A DNA stretch of 64,000 nt from an uncultured Flavobacteriales bacterium (GTDB lineage: Bacteria > Bacteroidota > Bacteroidia > Flavobacteriales > JBLHRE01): contig CAKZPI010000019.1 in the NCBI GenBank assembly GCA_937139155.1, positions 21,776-85,775 of the forward strand. The letters are read 5' to 3'. The number at the start of each line of letters is the position of its first letter. Position 1 is the stretch's first letter. A program made the translations under genes and the position numbers. Below, piece after piece: positions 8,652 to 19,600 of the stretch. Under the pieces are notes generated by a model. The model was not told the origin of the DNA. It ran no database searches and saw only the letters and a list, made by a program, of their open reading frames with translations.

Positions 8652-10868
8652 TTATTTCCGGATTACTGAGTGGATTCCTTCAACTTGCTGTACTCGGTTC
8701 ATTAAATCGGTCAAATGCCGGTTGTCATGAACCACCAAACTCAGTGAGCCTTCAAAGATTCCGTCATGGCTTGAAATATTGATGGATCGCATGTTAACGT
8801 TCAGAGTATCAGAAATTAATCGGGTAATATCATTTACCATTCCAAGTCGGTCATGGCCTTTAATCAGGATAAGAGCAGTAAAGTCTTTCCGTTTAGAATC
8901 TACCCATTTTGCTTTCATTAAGCGGTAGGCGTAATTTGAGCGCAACCGGATGGCATTGGGGCAATTGGTTTTATGCACTTTGATCCCAGAATTTATGGTT
9001 ACAAAACCAAAAACTTCATCTCCTGGAATGGGGTGGCAGCATTTAGCCAAGGTGTACTCTAACTTTTCTTCTGACTCACCGAAAACCAATTGGTCTGGAA
9101 GGGTTTGTTTTGAATCTTCTTCATTTTCCGGTTGGTTTCCTTTCCGGTTGAAGCGTTTTTTGAAAATATTGTACCAGCTCTGAGACCTTGCTGATACATA
9201 TTCTCTCAAGCGTTTATTGTCAATGATTCCAGTTCCAACCCGGTAAAATAGGTCTAAACTATTCTTGAGCTTAAAGAAAGCTTGTAATTCATCAATGGTT
9301 TTAGAGTTGAAAGGTATTTTAAGGTGCCTTAGTTTCCTTTCCAAGATTTCCTTACCCAGTTCTCCAATCCGCTTTTGCTCTTCCTTAAGTGATGATTTAA
9401 TCTTGGTTCTGGCCTTTCCGGTAACTACAAAGTTTAGCCAATCTTCTTTTGGTCTTTGCTTATCAGAGGTAAGTACTTCTACTTGGTCTCCGCTTTTTAA
9501 TTCACTGCTAAGAGGAACCAGTCGGCCATTCACCTTACATCCCAAGCATTTTGACCCTACCTCAGAGTGGATTTCGAAAGCGAAGTCAAGAGCAGTTGCT
9601 CCTTTCGGTAGGGTTCTTAATTCACCCTTTGGGGTAAATACGTAGATTTCATCGGCGTAAAGGCTTAATTTAACGTCATCTACAAAATCAATGGCTGATG
9701 AATCTGGATTCTCAAGTAAATCTCGAATTCTTCCAATCCAGTTATCCAGAGAATGAGCCTGGGTTTTTTCGTTGGCTCCGTTTTCTTTGTACCGCCAATG
9801 TGCAGCAAAGCCTTTTTCTGCAACTTCATCCATTCGTTCGGTACGAATTTGAACTTCCACCCAATGTCCTCCAGGACCCATTACTGTGGTATGCAAGGAT
9901 TCATACCCGTTTGAGCGCGGGGTTGAAATCCAATCCCTAAGCCGATCTGGATTTGGCTTATAAAAGTCCGTTACAATGGAGTAGGCCCTCCAACAATCTG
10001 CTTTTTCAGATTCAGGGTCTGAGTCAAGAATTATGCGTACCGCGAATTTATCATAGACTTCCTCAAAGGAAACACCTTGCCTTTGCATTTTCTTCCAGAT
10101 GGAGAAAATAGATTTCGGCCGGCCTTTAATATCAAACTTTAACCCAGCTTTTTCCAATCCGGAAAGAATGGGTTTGCTGAATTTTGAGATATAAGTAGAT
10201 CGTTCCTTTTTAGATTCAGCAAGCTTTAAGGCAATGTCTCGATAAACCTCGGGCTGGGTATATTTTAGTCCGAGGTCTTCTAGCTCAGATTTAATGGCGT
10301 AGAGGCCTAGGCGGTGGGCTAGGGGCGCGTAGAGGAAAAGCGTTTCAGAGGCGATTTTCTGTTGCTTATGCCTTGGCATGCTGTCCATGGTTCGCATATT
10401 ATGCAACCGATCAGCAAGCTTTATTAAAATCACCCTTACATCATCCGAAAGGGTGAGGAGCATTTTTCGAAAATTTTCGGCCTGGAGGCTAACATTGTGG
10501 TCAAAAACCCCAGAAATCTTGGTTAACCCATCAATGATTTTGGCAATTTTATCTCCGAAAATCCTTTCTATATCCTCAAGGGTAAAGTCTGAATCTTCAA
10601 CCACGTCATGGATTAAAGCACAGGCAATGGACCGATACCCGAGCCCCATTTCTTTTGCAACTATCAAGGCCACGGCGATTGGGTGGAAAATATAGAGCTC
10701 TCCTGACTTCCTGCGCACGTCTTTATGCGCGTCCATAGCCAGATCAAAAGCCTTGCGTACAAACTTCTTCTCCTCCGGACTTAGCCTGTCTTTACTGGCC
10801 CTAAGGAGGTATCTGTATTTATTGAGAATCGACTTTTTTTCTTCCTCTACGTCAATTTCTGCCTTCAT
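8652..10868 (-). CDS. relA: Bifunctional (p)ppGpp synthetase/hydrolase (RelA/SpoT homologue)
   Basis: 738 aa with HD hydrolase motif (HDVVED), synthetase region ([21 protein letters not shown]), a TGS region and a C-terminal ACT-like domain. Confidence 0.95.
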   Translation of the reverse strand: MKAEIDVEEEKKSILNKYRYLLRASKDRLSPEEKKFVRKAFDLAMDAHKDVRRKSGELYIFHPIAVALIVAKEMGLGYRSIACALIHDVVEDSDFTLEDIERIFGDKIAKIIDGLTKISGVFDHNVSLQAENFRKMLLTLSDDVRVILIKLADRLHNMRTMDSMPRHKQQKIASETLFLYAPLAHRLGLYAIKSELEDLGLKYTQPEVYRDIALKLAESKKERSTYISKFSKPILSGLEKAGLKFDIKGRPKSIFSIWKKMQRQGVSFEEVYDKFAVRIILDSDPESEKADCWRAYSIVTDFYKPNPDRLRDWISTPRSNGYESLHTTVMGPGGHWVEVQIRTERMDEVAEKGFAAHWRYKENGANEKTQAHSLDNWIGRIRDLLENPDSSAIDFVDDVKLSLYADEIYVFTPKGELRTLPKGATALDFAFEIHSEVGSKCLGCKVNGRLVPLSSELKSGDQVEVLTSDKQRPKEDWLNFVVTGKARTKIKSSLKEEQKRIGELGKEILERKLRHLKIPFNSKTIDELQAFFKLKNSLDLFYRVGTGIIDNKRLREYVSARSQSWYNIFKKRFNRKGNQPENEEDSKQTLPDQLVFGESEEKLEYTLAKCCHPIPGDEVFGFVTINSGIKVHKTNCPNAIRLRSNYAYRLMKAKWVDSKRKDFTALILIKGHDRLGMVNDITRLISDTLNVNMRSINISSHDGIFEGSLSLVVHDNRHLTDLMNRVQQVEGIHSVIRK

Positions 10869-10882
10869 ATTCTTGGTAAATC

Positions 10883-10915
10883 AAAAGAAGCCGTAATCAA
10901 CATGACTACGGCTTC
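10883..10915 (-). terminator. Intrinsic terminator of fahA
   Basis: A 9-bp perfect stem pairs GAAGCCGTA (10887-10895) with TACGGCTTC (10907-10915). On the minus strand it is followed by TTTTGATTT. Confidence 0.7.
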
Positions 10916-10938
10916 CGAAATATAATAGGAATAATTTA

Positions 10939-12204
10939 TTATTTGGCAGGTAATACTTGGGTTTTCACATTTCCGAACCCAATTCTTACTCCATCTTTTT
11001 CACAATAGCCTTCCATGATTACCGTATCTCCGTCTTGGATGAACTTTCTTTCACTTCCGTCAGGCATTTGAAGGGGCTTGGTTCCCTTCCACGAAAGTTC
11101 AAGCATGGAACCATATTCTTCTGGATTATTTCCAGAAATGGTACCCGATGCAAGCATGTCACCGGCATTGATATTACATCCGTTCACTGTGTGATGGGCC
11201 AACTGTTGAGCCATGTTCCAGTACATATACTTGAAATTGCTGTGGCAAATAGGGTGGGCCTTGAAGGCATCGTTCTCAATGCTAACCTTAAGGTTTACAT
11301 CAAAGGTTTTGTTTCCTTCGAATTTCAGGTAGTCTAAAACCTCTGGCTCTTGTTTTTCCCCAGGAATTCTAAAGGGATCAAGGGCATCTAGAGTTACAAT
11401 CCAAGGAGAGATTGAGCTTGCAAAATTCTTCGCAAGGAAGGGTCCTAAGGGGACATACTCCCATTTCTGAATGTCTCTGGCCGACCAATCGTTGAAAAGG
11501 GCCAAACCGAAGATATAGTCTTCTGCCTCAGCGGTGGTAATTGAATCACCCAAAGGTTTTCCTTGCCCGGTAATAAAGGCCATTTCAAGTTCGAAATCCA
11601 ATAATTTACAAGGACCAAATACTGGCTTATCAGCATCTGCAGGTAATTGTTGACCCTTAGGCCTGTGAATTGGGGTTTCTGAAAGGATGATGGAGGAAGC
11701 TCTTCCATGGTATCCTACGGGGATGTGCAACCAGTTAGGAAGTAAGGCATTATCCGGATCTCGGAACATGGTTCCTACATTGGTGGCATGTTGTCTGCTT
11801 GAGTAGAAATCCGTGTAATCACCAACCACCACGGGCATGGTCATGGCAATTTGATCTACCGGATAAAGGGAGTCTTTCAAGGCCTCCGCCCATTCCCCTT
11901 TATTGGCTTCGTCAAAAAGCTCGGCTAAACGGTCACGAACCGCCCTCCACGCTTTTTTATTGAGTTTCAAAAAACCGTTTAGATTCTTTTCCTCAAAAAC
12001 ATTTGATTCCACTCCGGTACCTGCTAAGGCTCCGGTTCTAGAAATTGCTTTGAGGTCAATAGCTGTATCGCCAATTCGGGTACCAATAACTTCCTCTCCT
12101 CGAGGAGTTCTAAAAGCTCCGAATGGAATGTTTTGAATTGGGAAATCGCTTCCTTCTGGAACCGGAACCCAAGATTTTCTGTTTGGATCGTTTGCCTTAA
12201 TCAT
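10939..12204 (-). CDS. fahA: Fumarylacetoacetase
   Basis: The track ORF extends to 12363 and overlaps glyA. ATG 12204 gives 421 aa starting [13 protein letters not shown]. It has FAH fold motifs ([23 protein letters not shown]), and a good promoter sits just upstream of 12204. Confidence 0.9.
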   Translation of the reverse strand: MIKANDPNRKSWVPVPEGSDFPIQNIPFGAFRTPRGEEVIGTRIGDTAIDLKAISRTGALAGTGVESNVFEEKNLNGFLKLNKKAWRAVRDRLAELFDEANKGEWAEALKDSLYPVDQIAMTMPVVVGDYTDFYSSRQHATNVGTMFRDPDNALLPNWLHIPVGYHGRASSIILSETPIHRPKGQQLPADADKPVFGPCKLLDFELEMAFITGQGKPLGDSITTAEAEDYIFGLALFNDWSARDIQKWEYVPLGPFLAKNFASSISPWIVTLDALDPFRIPGEKQEPEVLDYLKFEGNKTFDVNLKVSIENDAFKAHPICHSNFKYMYWNMAQQLAHHTVNGCNINAGDMLASGTISGNNPEEYGSMLELSWKGTKPLQMPDGSERKFIQDGDTVIMEGYCEKDGVRIGFGNVKTQVLPAK

Positions 12205-12218
12205 AATGAATGTTTGCG

Positions 12219-12248
12219 CAAAAATAAATTTATCTTCGCTGCTCCCAA
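12219..12248 (-). promoter_or_regulatory. Bacteroidota-type promoter of fahA (-33 TTG, -7 TATTTTTG)
   Basis: On the minus strand TATTTTTG lies at 12226-12219, with a TTG 19 nt upstream (12248-12246). It is 14 nt upstream of ATG 12204. Confidence 0.5.
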
Positions 12249-12261
12249 AAATCTGGATATT

Positions 12262-13536
12262 ATGCTTAGAGATGATCGCATTTTTGAATTGATTTCTGCT
12301 GAGAAGAACAGGCAGGTTAACGGTATAGAACTCATTGCTTCTGAGAACTTTGTGAGTGAACAAGTGCTCGAAGCCATGGGCTCAGTATTGACCAATAAAT
12401 ATGCTGAAGGATACCCCGGAAAAAGGTATTATGGAGGCTGTGAAGTGGTTGATAAAGTGGAAGATTTGGCCCGAGAACGCGCAAAACAGCTTTTCGGAGC
12501 GGAATATGCAAATGTGCAACCGCATTCTGGGTCCTCTGCAAATGCAGCCGTTTATTTAGCTTGTTTGAAGCCTGGTGATAAAATCATGGGCTTTGATCTT
12601 TCTCATGGCGGACATTTAACCCACGGGTCGCCCGTTAGCTTTAGCGGAAAACTTTACAATCCTGTATTTTATGGTGTAGAACCTGATACGGGGTTGATTG
12701 ATTACAATAAGGTAGCCGAAAAAGCTCGCGTCGAAAAACCAAAACTCATCATCTGTGGTGCTTCCGCCTATTCACGTGATTGGGATTATAAAGCCCTTCG
12801 GGAAATTGCGGATGAAGTAGGAGCCTTGCTAATGGCAGACATTGCCCATCCGGCAGGCATGATTGCCACCGGACTTCTTAACAACCCCATACCGCATTGC
12901 CATATCTTAACCACCACCACCCATAAAACCCTTCGCGGACCAAGAGGAGGGATGATTTTAATAGGAAGGGATTTTGAGAATCCTTGGGGATTGAAAACTC
13001 CAAAAGGAATGGTTAAAAAAATGTCAAGCTTGATTGACTCTGCGGTATTCCCAGGGTCACAAGGCGGACCCCTTGAACATGTAATTGCTGCCAAGGCCGT
13101 TGCCTTCGGAGAAGCTCTTGATCCTAGTTTTAAGGATTATACCCTTCAGGTGCGGGAAAATGCCCAGGCCATGGCTCAATCTTTTGTGGATAGAGGCTAT
13201 GGGGTGATCTCTAAGGGCACTGACAACCATTTGATGCTGATTGACCTAAGGAACAAAAACATTACCGGGAAAAATGCTGAGAATGCCCTTGTAAAAGCAG
13301 AGATAACCGTAAACAAAAACATGGTTCCTTTTGATGATAAGTCTCCCTTTGTTACCTCAGGTATTAGAATTGGTACCGCTGCCATTACCTCAAGAGGAAT
13401 GAAACCTGAGGAAATGGATGAAATTGTTGGATTTGTTGATCAAGCAATCGCTTGCGCGGATAATGAAACCGAATTAAAAGCCTTGGCGGGTAAGGTTGAG
13501 AAGAGAATGAAAGATCTTCCGCTTTTTGCCTGGTAA
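12262..13536 (+). CDS. glyA: Serine hydroxymethyltransferase
   Basis: ATG 12262 gives 424 aa with [22 protein letters not shown] and [14 protein letters not shown] (PLP-lysine motif). The track extension from 12133 is rejected. Confidence 0.95.
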   Translation: MLRDDRIFELISAEKNRQVNGIELIASENFVSEQVLEAMGSVLTNKYAEGYPGKRYYGGCEVVDKVEDLARERAKQLFGAEYANVQPHSGSSANAAVYLACLKPGDKIMGFDLSHGGHLTHGSPVSFSGKLYNPVFYGVEPDTGLIDYNKVAEKARVEKPKLIICGASAYSRDWDYKALREIADEVGALLMADIAHPAGMIATGLLNNPIPHCHILTTTTHKTLRGPRGGMILIGRDFENPWGLKTPKGMVKKMSSLIDSAVFPGSQGGPLEHVIAAKAVAFGEALDPSFKDYTLQVRENAQAMAQSFVDRGYGVISKGTDNHLMLIDLRNKNITGKNAENALVKAEITVNKNMVPFDDKSPFVTSGIRIGTAAITSRGMKPEEMDEIVGFVDQAIACADNETELKALAGKVEKRMKDLPLFAW

Positions 13537-13562
13537 AGGAATTAAATACTTTTAAACCAAGG

Positions 13563-13593
13563 AAGCCATCTCGAAAGGGGTGGCTTTTTTGTT
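13563..13593 (+). terminator. Intrinsic terminator of glyA
   Basis: Stem AAGCCATCTC/GGGGTGGCTT (two G-U pairs) closes on a GAAA tetraloop and is followed by a T-run. Confidence 0.75.
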
Positions 13594-13619
13594 GGTAGAA
13601 AATTAAGTGGGGTAGGGGT

Positions 13620-13651
13620 AAAAAAAACTGCCTCGGAGAATTCCGAGGCAG
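13620..13651 (-). terminator. Intrinsic terminator of the giant T9SS gene
   Basis: A perfect 10-bp stem pairs CTGCCTCGGA (13628-13637) with TCCGAGGCAG (13642-13651) around a 4-nt loop. On the minus strand it is followed by T8. Confidence 0.85.
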
Positions 13652-13680
13652 TTGATTATAAATTGAAAGGATGGTATTAT

Positions 13681-16600
13681 CTATCGAGCTATGGATAAGT
13701 TTCGTACCACAGTTTGGTCTTCAAATACGAATCTTACTTGATAAATTCCTTGTTCAAGGTTGGAGGTATTCAGGCCAATATTGTTAACTCCAGAATAACC
13801 CCTTTCTGATTTTTGAATCATGGTTTCGCCTAAGATGTTGGTCACTTCCACATAAACATCACCTGCAAAAGGCAAGTTTAGCTCAAATCTAGTTTGCGCA
13901 TCAGAAGGGTTAGGCATGGGCTGACTTACCATGAATTCAGGTAAATCTTCCTCCACAGAAATAACACAAGGATCTGTATATTCTTGGAAACAGAAATCGT
14001 CAATCAACCAACCTTCATCTTCAATGGTAACATCAGAAGCAAATCTGAACATGAAGATTACCGGCATGGAGTCAGGGAATTTAATCAAGTGACTTGAGTA
14101 AACATAACCCCCTGAGTTTCCACTCCAACCTCCAATGGGTGGAACCTGTGGAAGACCCGTTAACCACGGAGTATTAAACCAACCTGGCTCAAAGGCATAT
14201 CCAATAGAATTCCATGAAAGACCTTGGTCTTGAGAGTACATAACCGTACCTCCATCGTGTTGCTTTTCTGTTTGGAACCAATGCCAGAAAGAAATTTCAT
14301 AACAACTGGATGAATCTACCACAAAGAGTGGGGAATAAAGGGCCGAGGAATCTTTTTTACTATAGGTACCTCGAATACCAGTAGCCCAGCAATTGCTACC
14401 ACTGTAAGGGTAATTTAGGGTTGGCTTCCTAGGGTCACCCATTTCCCAATTGGTTCCTGGTAAACTGTAATTGTAAGGATTTAAGGTGGCCCACCCGGGT
14501 AGGGTAGTGTCTTCAAAGTCATTACAGTAGGGAAGGGTGTTTACCGAGTCAAACACAACGGTTGTAGTACAAAGTGTATCGTCTTCCGTAAACCCATCTA
14601 AGGTATCGTTCGGACGAGATGTGTACATACAGATATCATGTTTTCCTTCAGTAGCATTCCAGGGCACAGAGAATGTATGCTTGTACACAGACTGGAAGGC
14701 TAGGGGCTGAGGCACAATTACCGTATCTACAACCACAAAGTTTCCATTATCAATGTCAAGTTTTACTACAAACTTACTTAAAGGAGCCACTCCAGAATTA
14801 ATGATTTCAGCTTCCATAACATTAGGCCCTGGGAATACCAGACCACCTGTAATAGCGCTTACCGTTTCAGAGCCCGCAGAGTTTTGAATGGGTACAATCA
14901 CACAGAAATTCTCAACGGCAACTCCATCCCCATTATTCACAGAACCATCCGAAGAGAAATTAAATCTAAACTGAATTCGGTCGCTTTGAAGGGCAATGGG
15001 GCCCAATGGATGGGAAACATGCATCCAACCACCTGTTGAGCCATCCCAACCAGGAAGACCGCTAGAATTAAGGGCAGTATTGGTATACCAATTCACAGAA
15101 CCAATGCTACCAACACTTCCTAGAACCAACCAGGTTTGTCCGTCATCAATTGAGTAATCCACTCTCATTCCATCCCAACCAGATTCACAATCAACCCAAA
15201 TATCAGCATGGAATTCAGGGTCTAAAGCTCCGGTTAGATCAAAATAAGGGGTGTATAAATTATCGTTGCTATTGTTAAGATAATTGGAAGTACGGTTGGT
15301 CATCCAAACATTTGGAGGCGTAATGGCGGTATTGATTGTACCTCCACCTGGAGTACCTCTTTCCCAAGTATCATTACCATCTCTGGCCTTCCAACCGTCA
15401 TTGGCTTGATCAAAATCTGTACAATATTCAACCGGATGAACAGGAATGCCTGAAATCACTTCACAAATGGTGTCATTAAGCGCATTGGTATCAGCAGGGG
15501 AAACTACCCAAGTACAAATGGTATAATCTCCAACCGGTGAAGTATAAGGGGTTGTAAAGGTGAACAGGAAGGTGTTTCCTGAGGAAATAATTCCTGTGAA
15601 TGGCTCAATTACTGGAGCACCACCATTAATAGAATAGGCTACATCTAAACTTGTGATGGTATCACAACCAGCATTTCGCAATACAACCTCAGGGTAGATG
15701 TCATCACCACCCGCAGATTGCCCAATTGGATTGTTGATGGCAAAATCTTCGGCATCATAAGGGGGTGTGTCTTCAATATTAAAGTCATCAATGGCCATAT
15801 CAGAAATGGTTGAACCAATGGTTGTTCCACTGAATCGCACTTTTACAATTTGGCTTGCAAAATCACCTAAGACCAGTTCCACCTTTTGCCAACTAGTTCC
15901 TTGATCACCCGCTTGCGTCCAAAGGGTGGTCCATGCTCCAGATTGATCCAATACGTCAAAACTCAGAGTACCCATTCCGTTTCCACTCATGTGGTAGAAG
16001 AAGGTAACCTTAGGACAAACCAGTGTGCTCAAGTCTAAACAAGGCGAGAGTAAGTTTGAGGTGCCGTTGAAATAGTCATTGGCTTCAATGTAGAAATATT
16101 TACCTGCACCGCCATTGCCTGAGGTAGGCCCTGTTCCGAAGGATGGGGTAGAGCCTGTATGTACTCTCCAGTTTCCAAAATCAGCATCGTCTTGGAACCA
16201 GCCGTTTAATAAATCTTTTTCGCCAAGAGGAAAGGCGCTAAAGGTTTCATTGTAAGGTAGGCCTTGATTTACCAAGGTGATTGCTGTTGTATCATTGGCG
16301 TATATTACTGTGTCACCAGGGTGCATAGTAAATGCCTCAAAATTGAAGGTAGTTCCTGGAGCTGAAAGGTCAACAGGAATAGAGAAGGTGAAAGGAACAG
16401 TATCTCCTGGGTTCACCGTTGCAAATAAGGTATCAATGGTAACAGGGCCTCCATTGAACCTGTACCCAACAGGAATTTGATTCATTGGATTCAAACCGAA
16501 ATTTGATAGCATTACCGAAACCGTTTCCGAGGCAGAAAGGTCACAAGCTTCTTCTCTAGGTGCGGTAATTTCTACCACTCCTGCATCAAAAGGCTGAGGC

Positions 16601-19600
16601 TCATAAATGTAAATGTCATCAATGGCCATGTCAGAGGTAAACGATGTACCTGTTTGGGCCCGGAAGCGAATTTTCACAACCTGTCCTGCATAATTTGAAA
16701 GATCAACAGTGGCCTTTTGCCAAAGGTTTCCTTGGTCTCCAGAAAGGTTCCACTCGGTATTCCAGGTACCGGTATTGTCTTGCACATCCAAGTTTAGGGT
16801 TCCCATGGCACTCCCATACATATGGTACCAGAACTCAATTTTGGGTACGCTGGCATTGGCAAAGTCAACGCATGAGCTTACAAAGCTCGCCACCTTATTA
16901 CTTCCAGATCCAGAGGTTTCTGTGTAAAGGTAAATGCCTGAACCTGTTGTATGGTCGCCTGAAGGCCCAGTGCTTCCGGAGGTTGTTCCTCCTGAATGTA
17001 CCGTCCAGTCCCAAGTATCATTGGTTGCTTGGGTCCAGCCGTTTTTAAGGATACCCGGGCTTCCTAAACCAAAGTTTTCAAAATCTTCCGTATAAGGCAT
17101 GGAGATTTTATCGTTGCGAATAAAGAAGTCTAGGATGCTGTCGTTCAAGGCAAGGGTATCCAAAGCATGAAAAGCCCACACATCCAAATTATAGTTGGTT
17201 TGCCCTTGAGAATAGTCAGCTGCTTGGCTGAAGCTAAACAGAATCGTGTCCCCCGGGAAAACTTTCCCGTAAAGGGTATCATAAACAATGGGGTTTGAAT
17301 TCAGTTGATATGCCAAAGGAATGGTGTCAATGGCTTCAGCACCTACGTTTGCAACCAAAACTTGAATGGTTTCAAAATCAGAAAGGGCACAGGGGTCGTT
17401 AGCAATTGGGTTCTCAATGCTCACCAATTCAACGTCAAAGTCTGCAGGTGGCCCTATGTTAATGTCATCAATGGAGAATCCATTGGACTGGTTGAAGAAG
17501 TCAGATCTAAATACGAACCGGAATTGAATACCTGAAATATTGCTAAACTCAGGCATTTTCAGCTTGGTGTATTGCCAGCCTTGAGAATTTCCTGACCAAC
17601 CTGGCTTAGAACCTGCAGCGTTAACATTGTTGGGCATCCAGTTTTCACCAAGTGGGTCGTTCTTTTCTCCCAAAAGGATCCAGTTGGTGCCGTTGGTGGT
17701 ATACTCAATATACATACCATCGGTATTGTTTTGAGTTTGGCTATTGTACCAGAAGGAAATTTCGGGGCTAAACACATTTCCAAATCCAAAAACTTGGGTG
17801 GTTAGCACTGAATTGGTGTTGGATAAGTAGGCAGCATCCAGGTCAATGTCCCATGAATTCGGCCCAGAATAAGGTACAAATCCAGCGGGAACGGTAGGGG
17901 TACCTAGCTCCCATGGAGAACCGCCCATTGTAGCCGGCATAAACGTGGAACCCGTATCAAAATTATCAAAATAAGGTATGGTGCTTCCATTTACCCCACT
18001 AACGGTCAGGCAAATGGTGTCATTAACTGCATTTGTATCCCTAGGCACATCGATATAGGCACAGAAGCTATTTGCACCCATTACAGCGGCGTAAGGACCA
18101 ACATTATAAACCTTGGCGTCTCCAGGGAAGAGGGTATCGTAAACGGTAATTGATACAGGTGGAGCACCGTTTAGGCTATAGGAAATGTTTATGGTATCCA
18201 AAATTTCTAAACCGGTATTTTTAACCCTCAACCGTACAGAATCCGTTACATTGCCTAAGGCTAAGGCACCTGGATTGTACAGGTCGGTTAAAGCTCCGTC
18301 AAATGGAGGAGGTGGAATGATGGCAAAATCATCTACGGTTACCCCATCGTTTTGAAGGAAACCATTGGATGTAAACCTAAATCGGAAGAATACCGAAGGT
18401 TCATTGTCACAGTCGTCAAACTTGATACTTGCTTTCACAAAACCTCCTGAGTTACCGGTCCACGCGGGTCGTCCATTGAGACTTGGGGTATTGTACCAAT
18501 TGGTTGAGTTAGGCGCTCCAACGGAACCCAAAACAGTCCAGTTTACAGAGTCGGTTGAATACTCAACCCACATTCCGTCAGAGTTTGCCTGGGTATTATA
18601 GTTCAGTTGAAATTCAAGGGTAGGCTCAATAACTCCACTAAAATTAAAAGCCCTAGTAGTCAGAGTAGTGTTGGCGTTGGGACCATAGGCTGTACCCGTA
18701 TTCACGTCCCATGCGTCAGGTGCTGAGAAAGGAGCGTTGGTTGTACCGTAGGTTGGAGTCCCGAGCTGCCATTGGCTACCGTTTTGGGTGAATTCGGAGA
18801 CCCAGTCAGATCCGTTGTCGAAGTTTGTGAAATAGGGTAGGGGAATGTTGTCAGGGAACCGGAAGCAAGCATAACCGGTTAATGGGTCAAGGCTTAGGTT
18901 TTGACAATTGGAACCGTCCCGGGCTACAATCTGGTAACAAACCGTATCTCCTTGGTTGATGGGAGGAAGATTTCCGTTGTAGGTATCTGGGTTGGTTTCA
19001 ACTAGCCCCAAAGTATCAAACGGCCCTCCATTAATAGAGTAAGCAACAAACACAGTATCAATGCCTGAGTCATCGGTGGCAGTCACATTAAAATTAAAGG
19101 GCCCGGGGAAATAAACCAAATTCCCTGGTTTATTGTTTACCGTCATGGCCGGAGGGATAAGTTCACAAGGAGCAACCTCAATTTCAATATCATCTACCAA
19201 CCAACCATAGTTATTGGCAGAGCCATTGAACTGCTTATCAATCAAGGTAAACCGAACCATTGCATTCTGTTTGTTCTCGAGGTATTTTGAGACGTCAAAA
19301 ATTTCGTTTTGGAACCAAGAATCTTGAGGGGTAGCAAAAGCGTCTCCAGGTTGCCAAACACTAGAATATGATGTTACATTGAAGGAGGAGTCTTGGTTGA
19401 TGGTATAATTTAAAGAGGCTCCGAAATAATCACTTCCCCCAATTTTGGTCCAAGTTTGACCACTATCAGGAGAGACCTCAATCATGGCCAAGTCAAAGAA
19501 TTCAATTTTACAAACATGAGAGAACCTCAATTCAACGAAACTCATACCCGCGGTGCTAAAGGCGTCTGTCACCAAGTATGAGGTATCATCAATATTGAAG

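Noticed and set aside
12133-12363. The ORF track makes glyA (from 12133) and fahA (to 12363) overlap by 231 nt on opposite strands.
   Set aside because: Both N-terminal extensions lack similarity to the respective families. The internal ATGs at 12262 and 12204 give canonical N-termini and lengths (424 and 421 aa) and leave room for promoters.
13609-13618. GGGGTAGGGG between the glyA and giant-gene terminators, considered as a G-quadruplex.
   Set aside because: It has only two G-runs, which cannot form an intramolecular quadruplex.
16644-17048. Antisense ORFs inside the giant T9SS gene (16644-17048, 16277-16480, 17305-17535, 18365-18601 and others).
   Set aside because: They lie wholly inside a strongly supported 6.1-kb gene on the other strand. 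They have no start context, no motifs and odd composition, so they are typical shadow ORFs.
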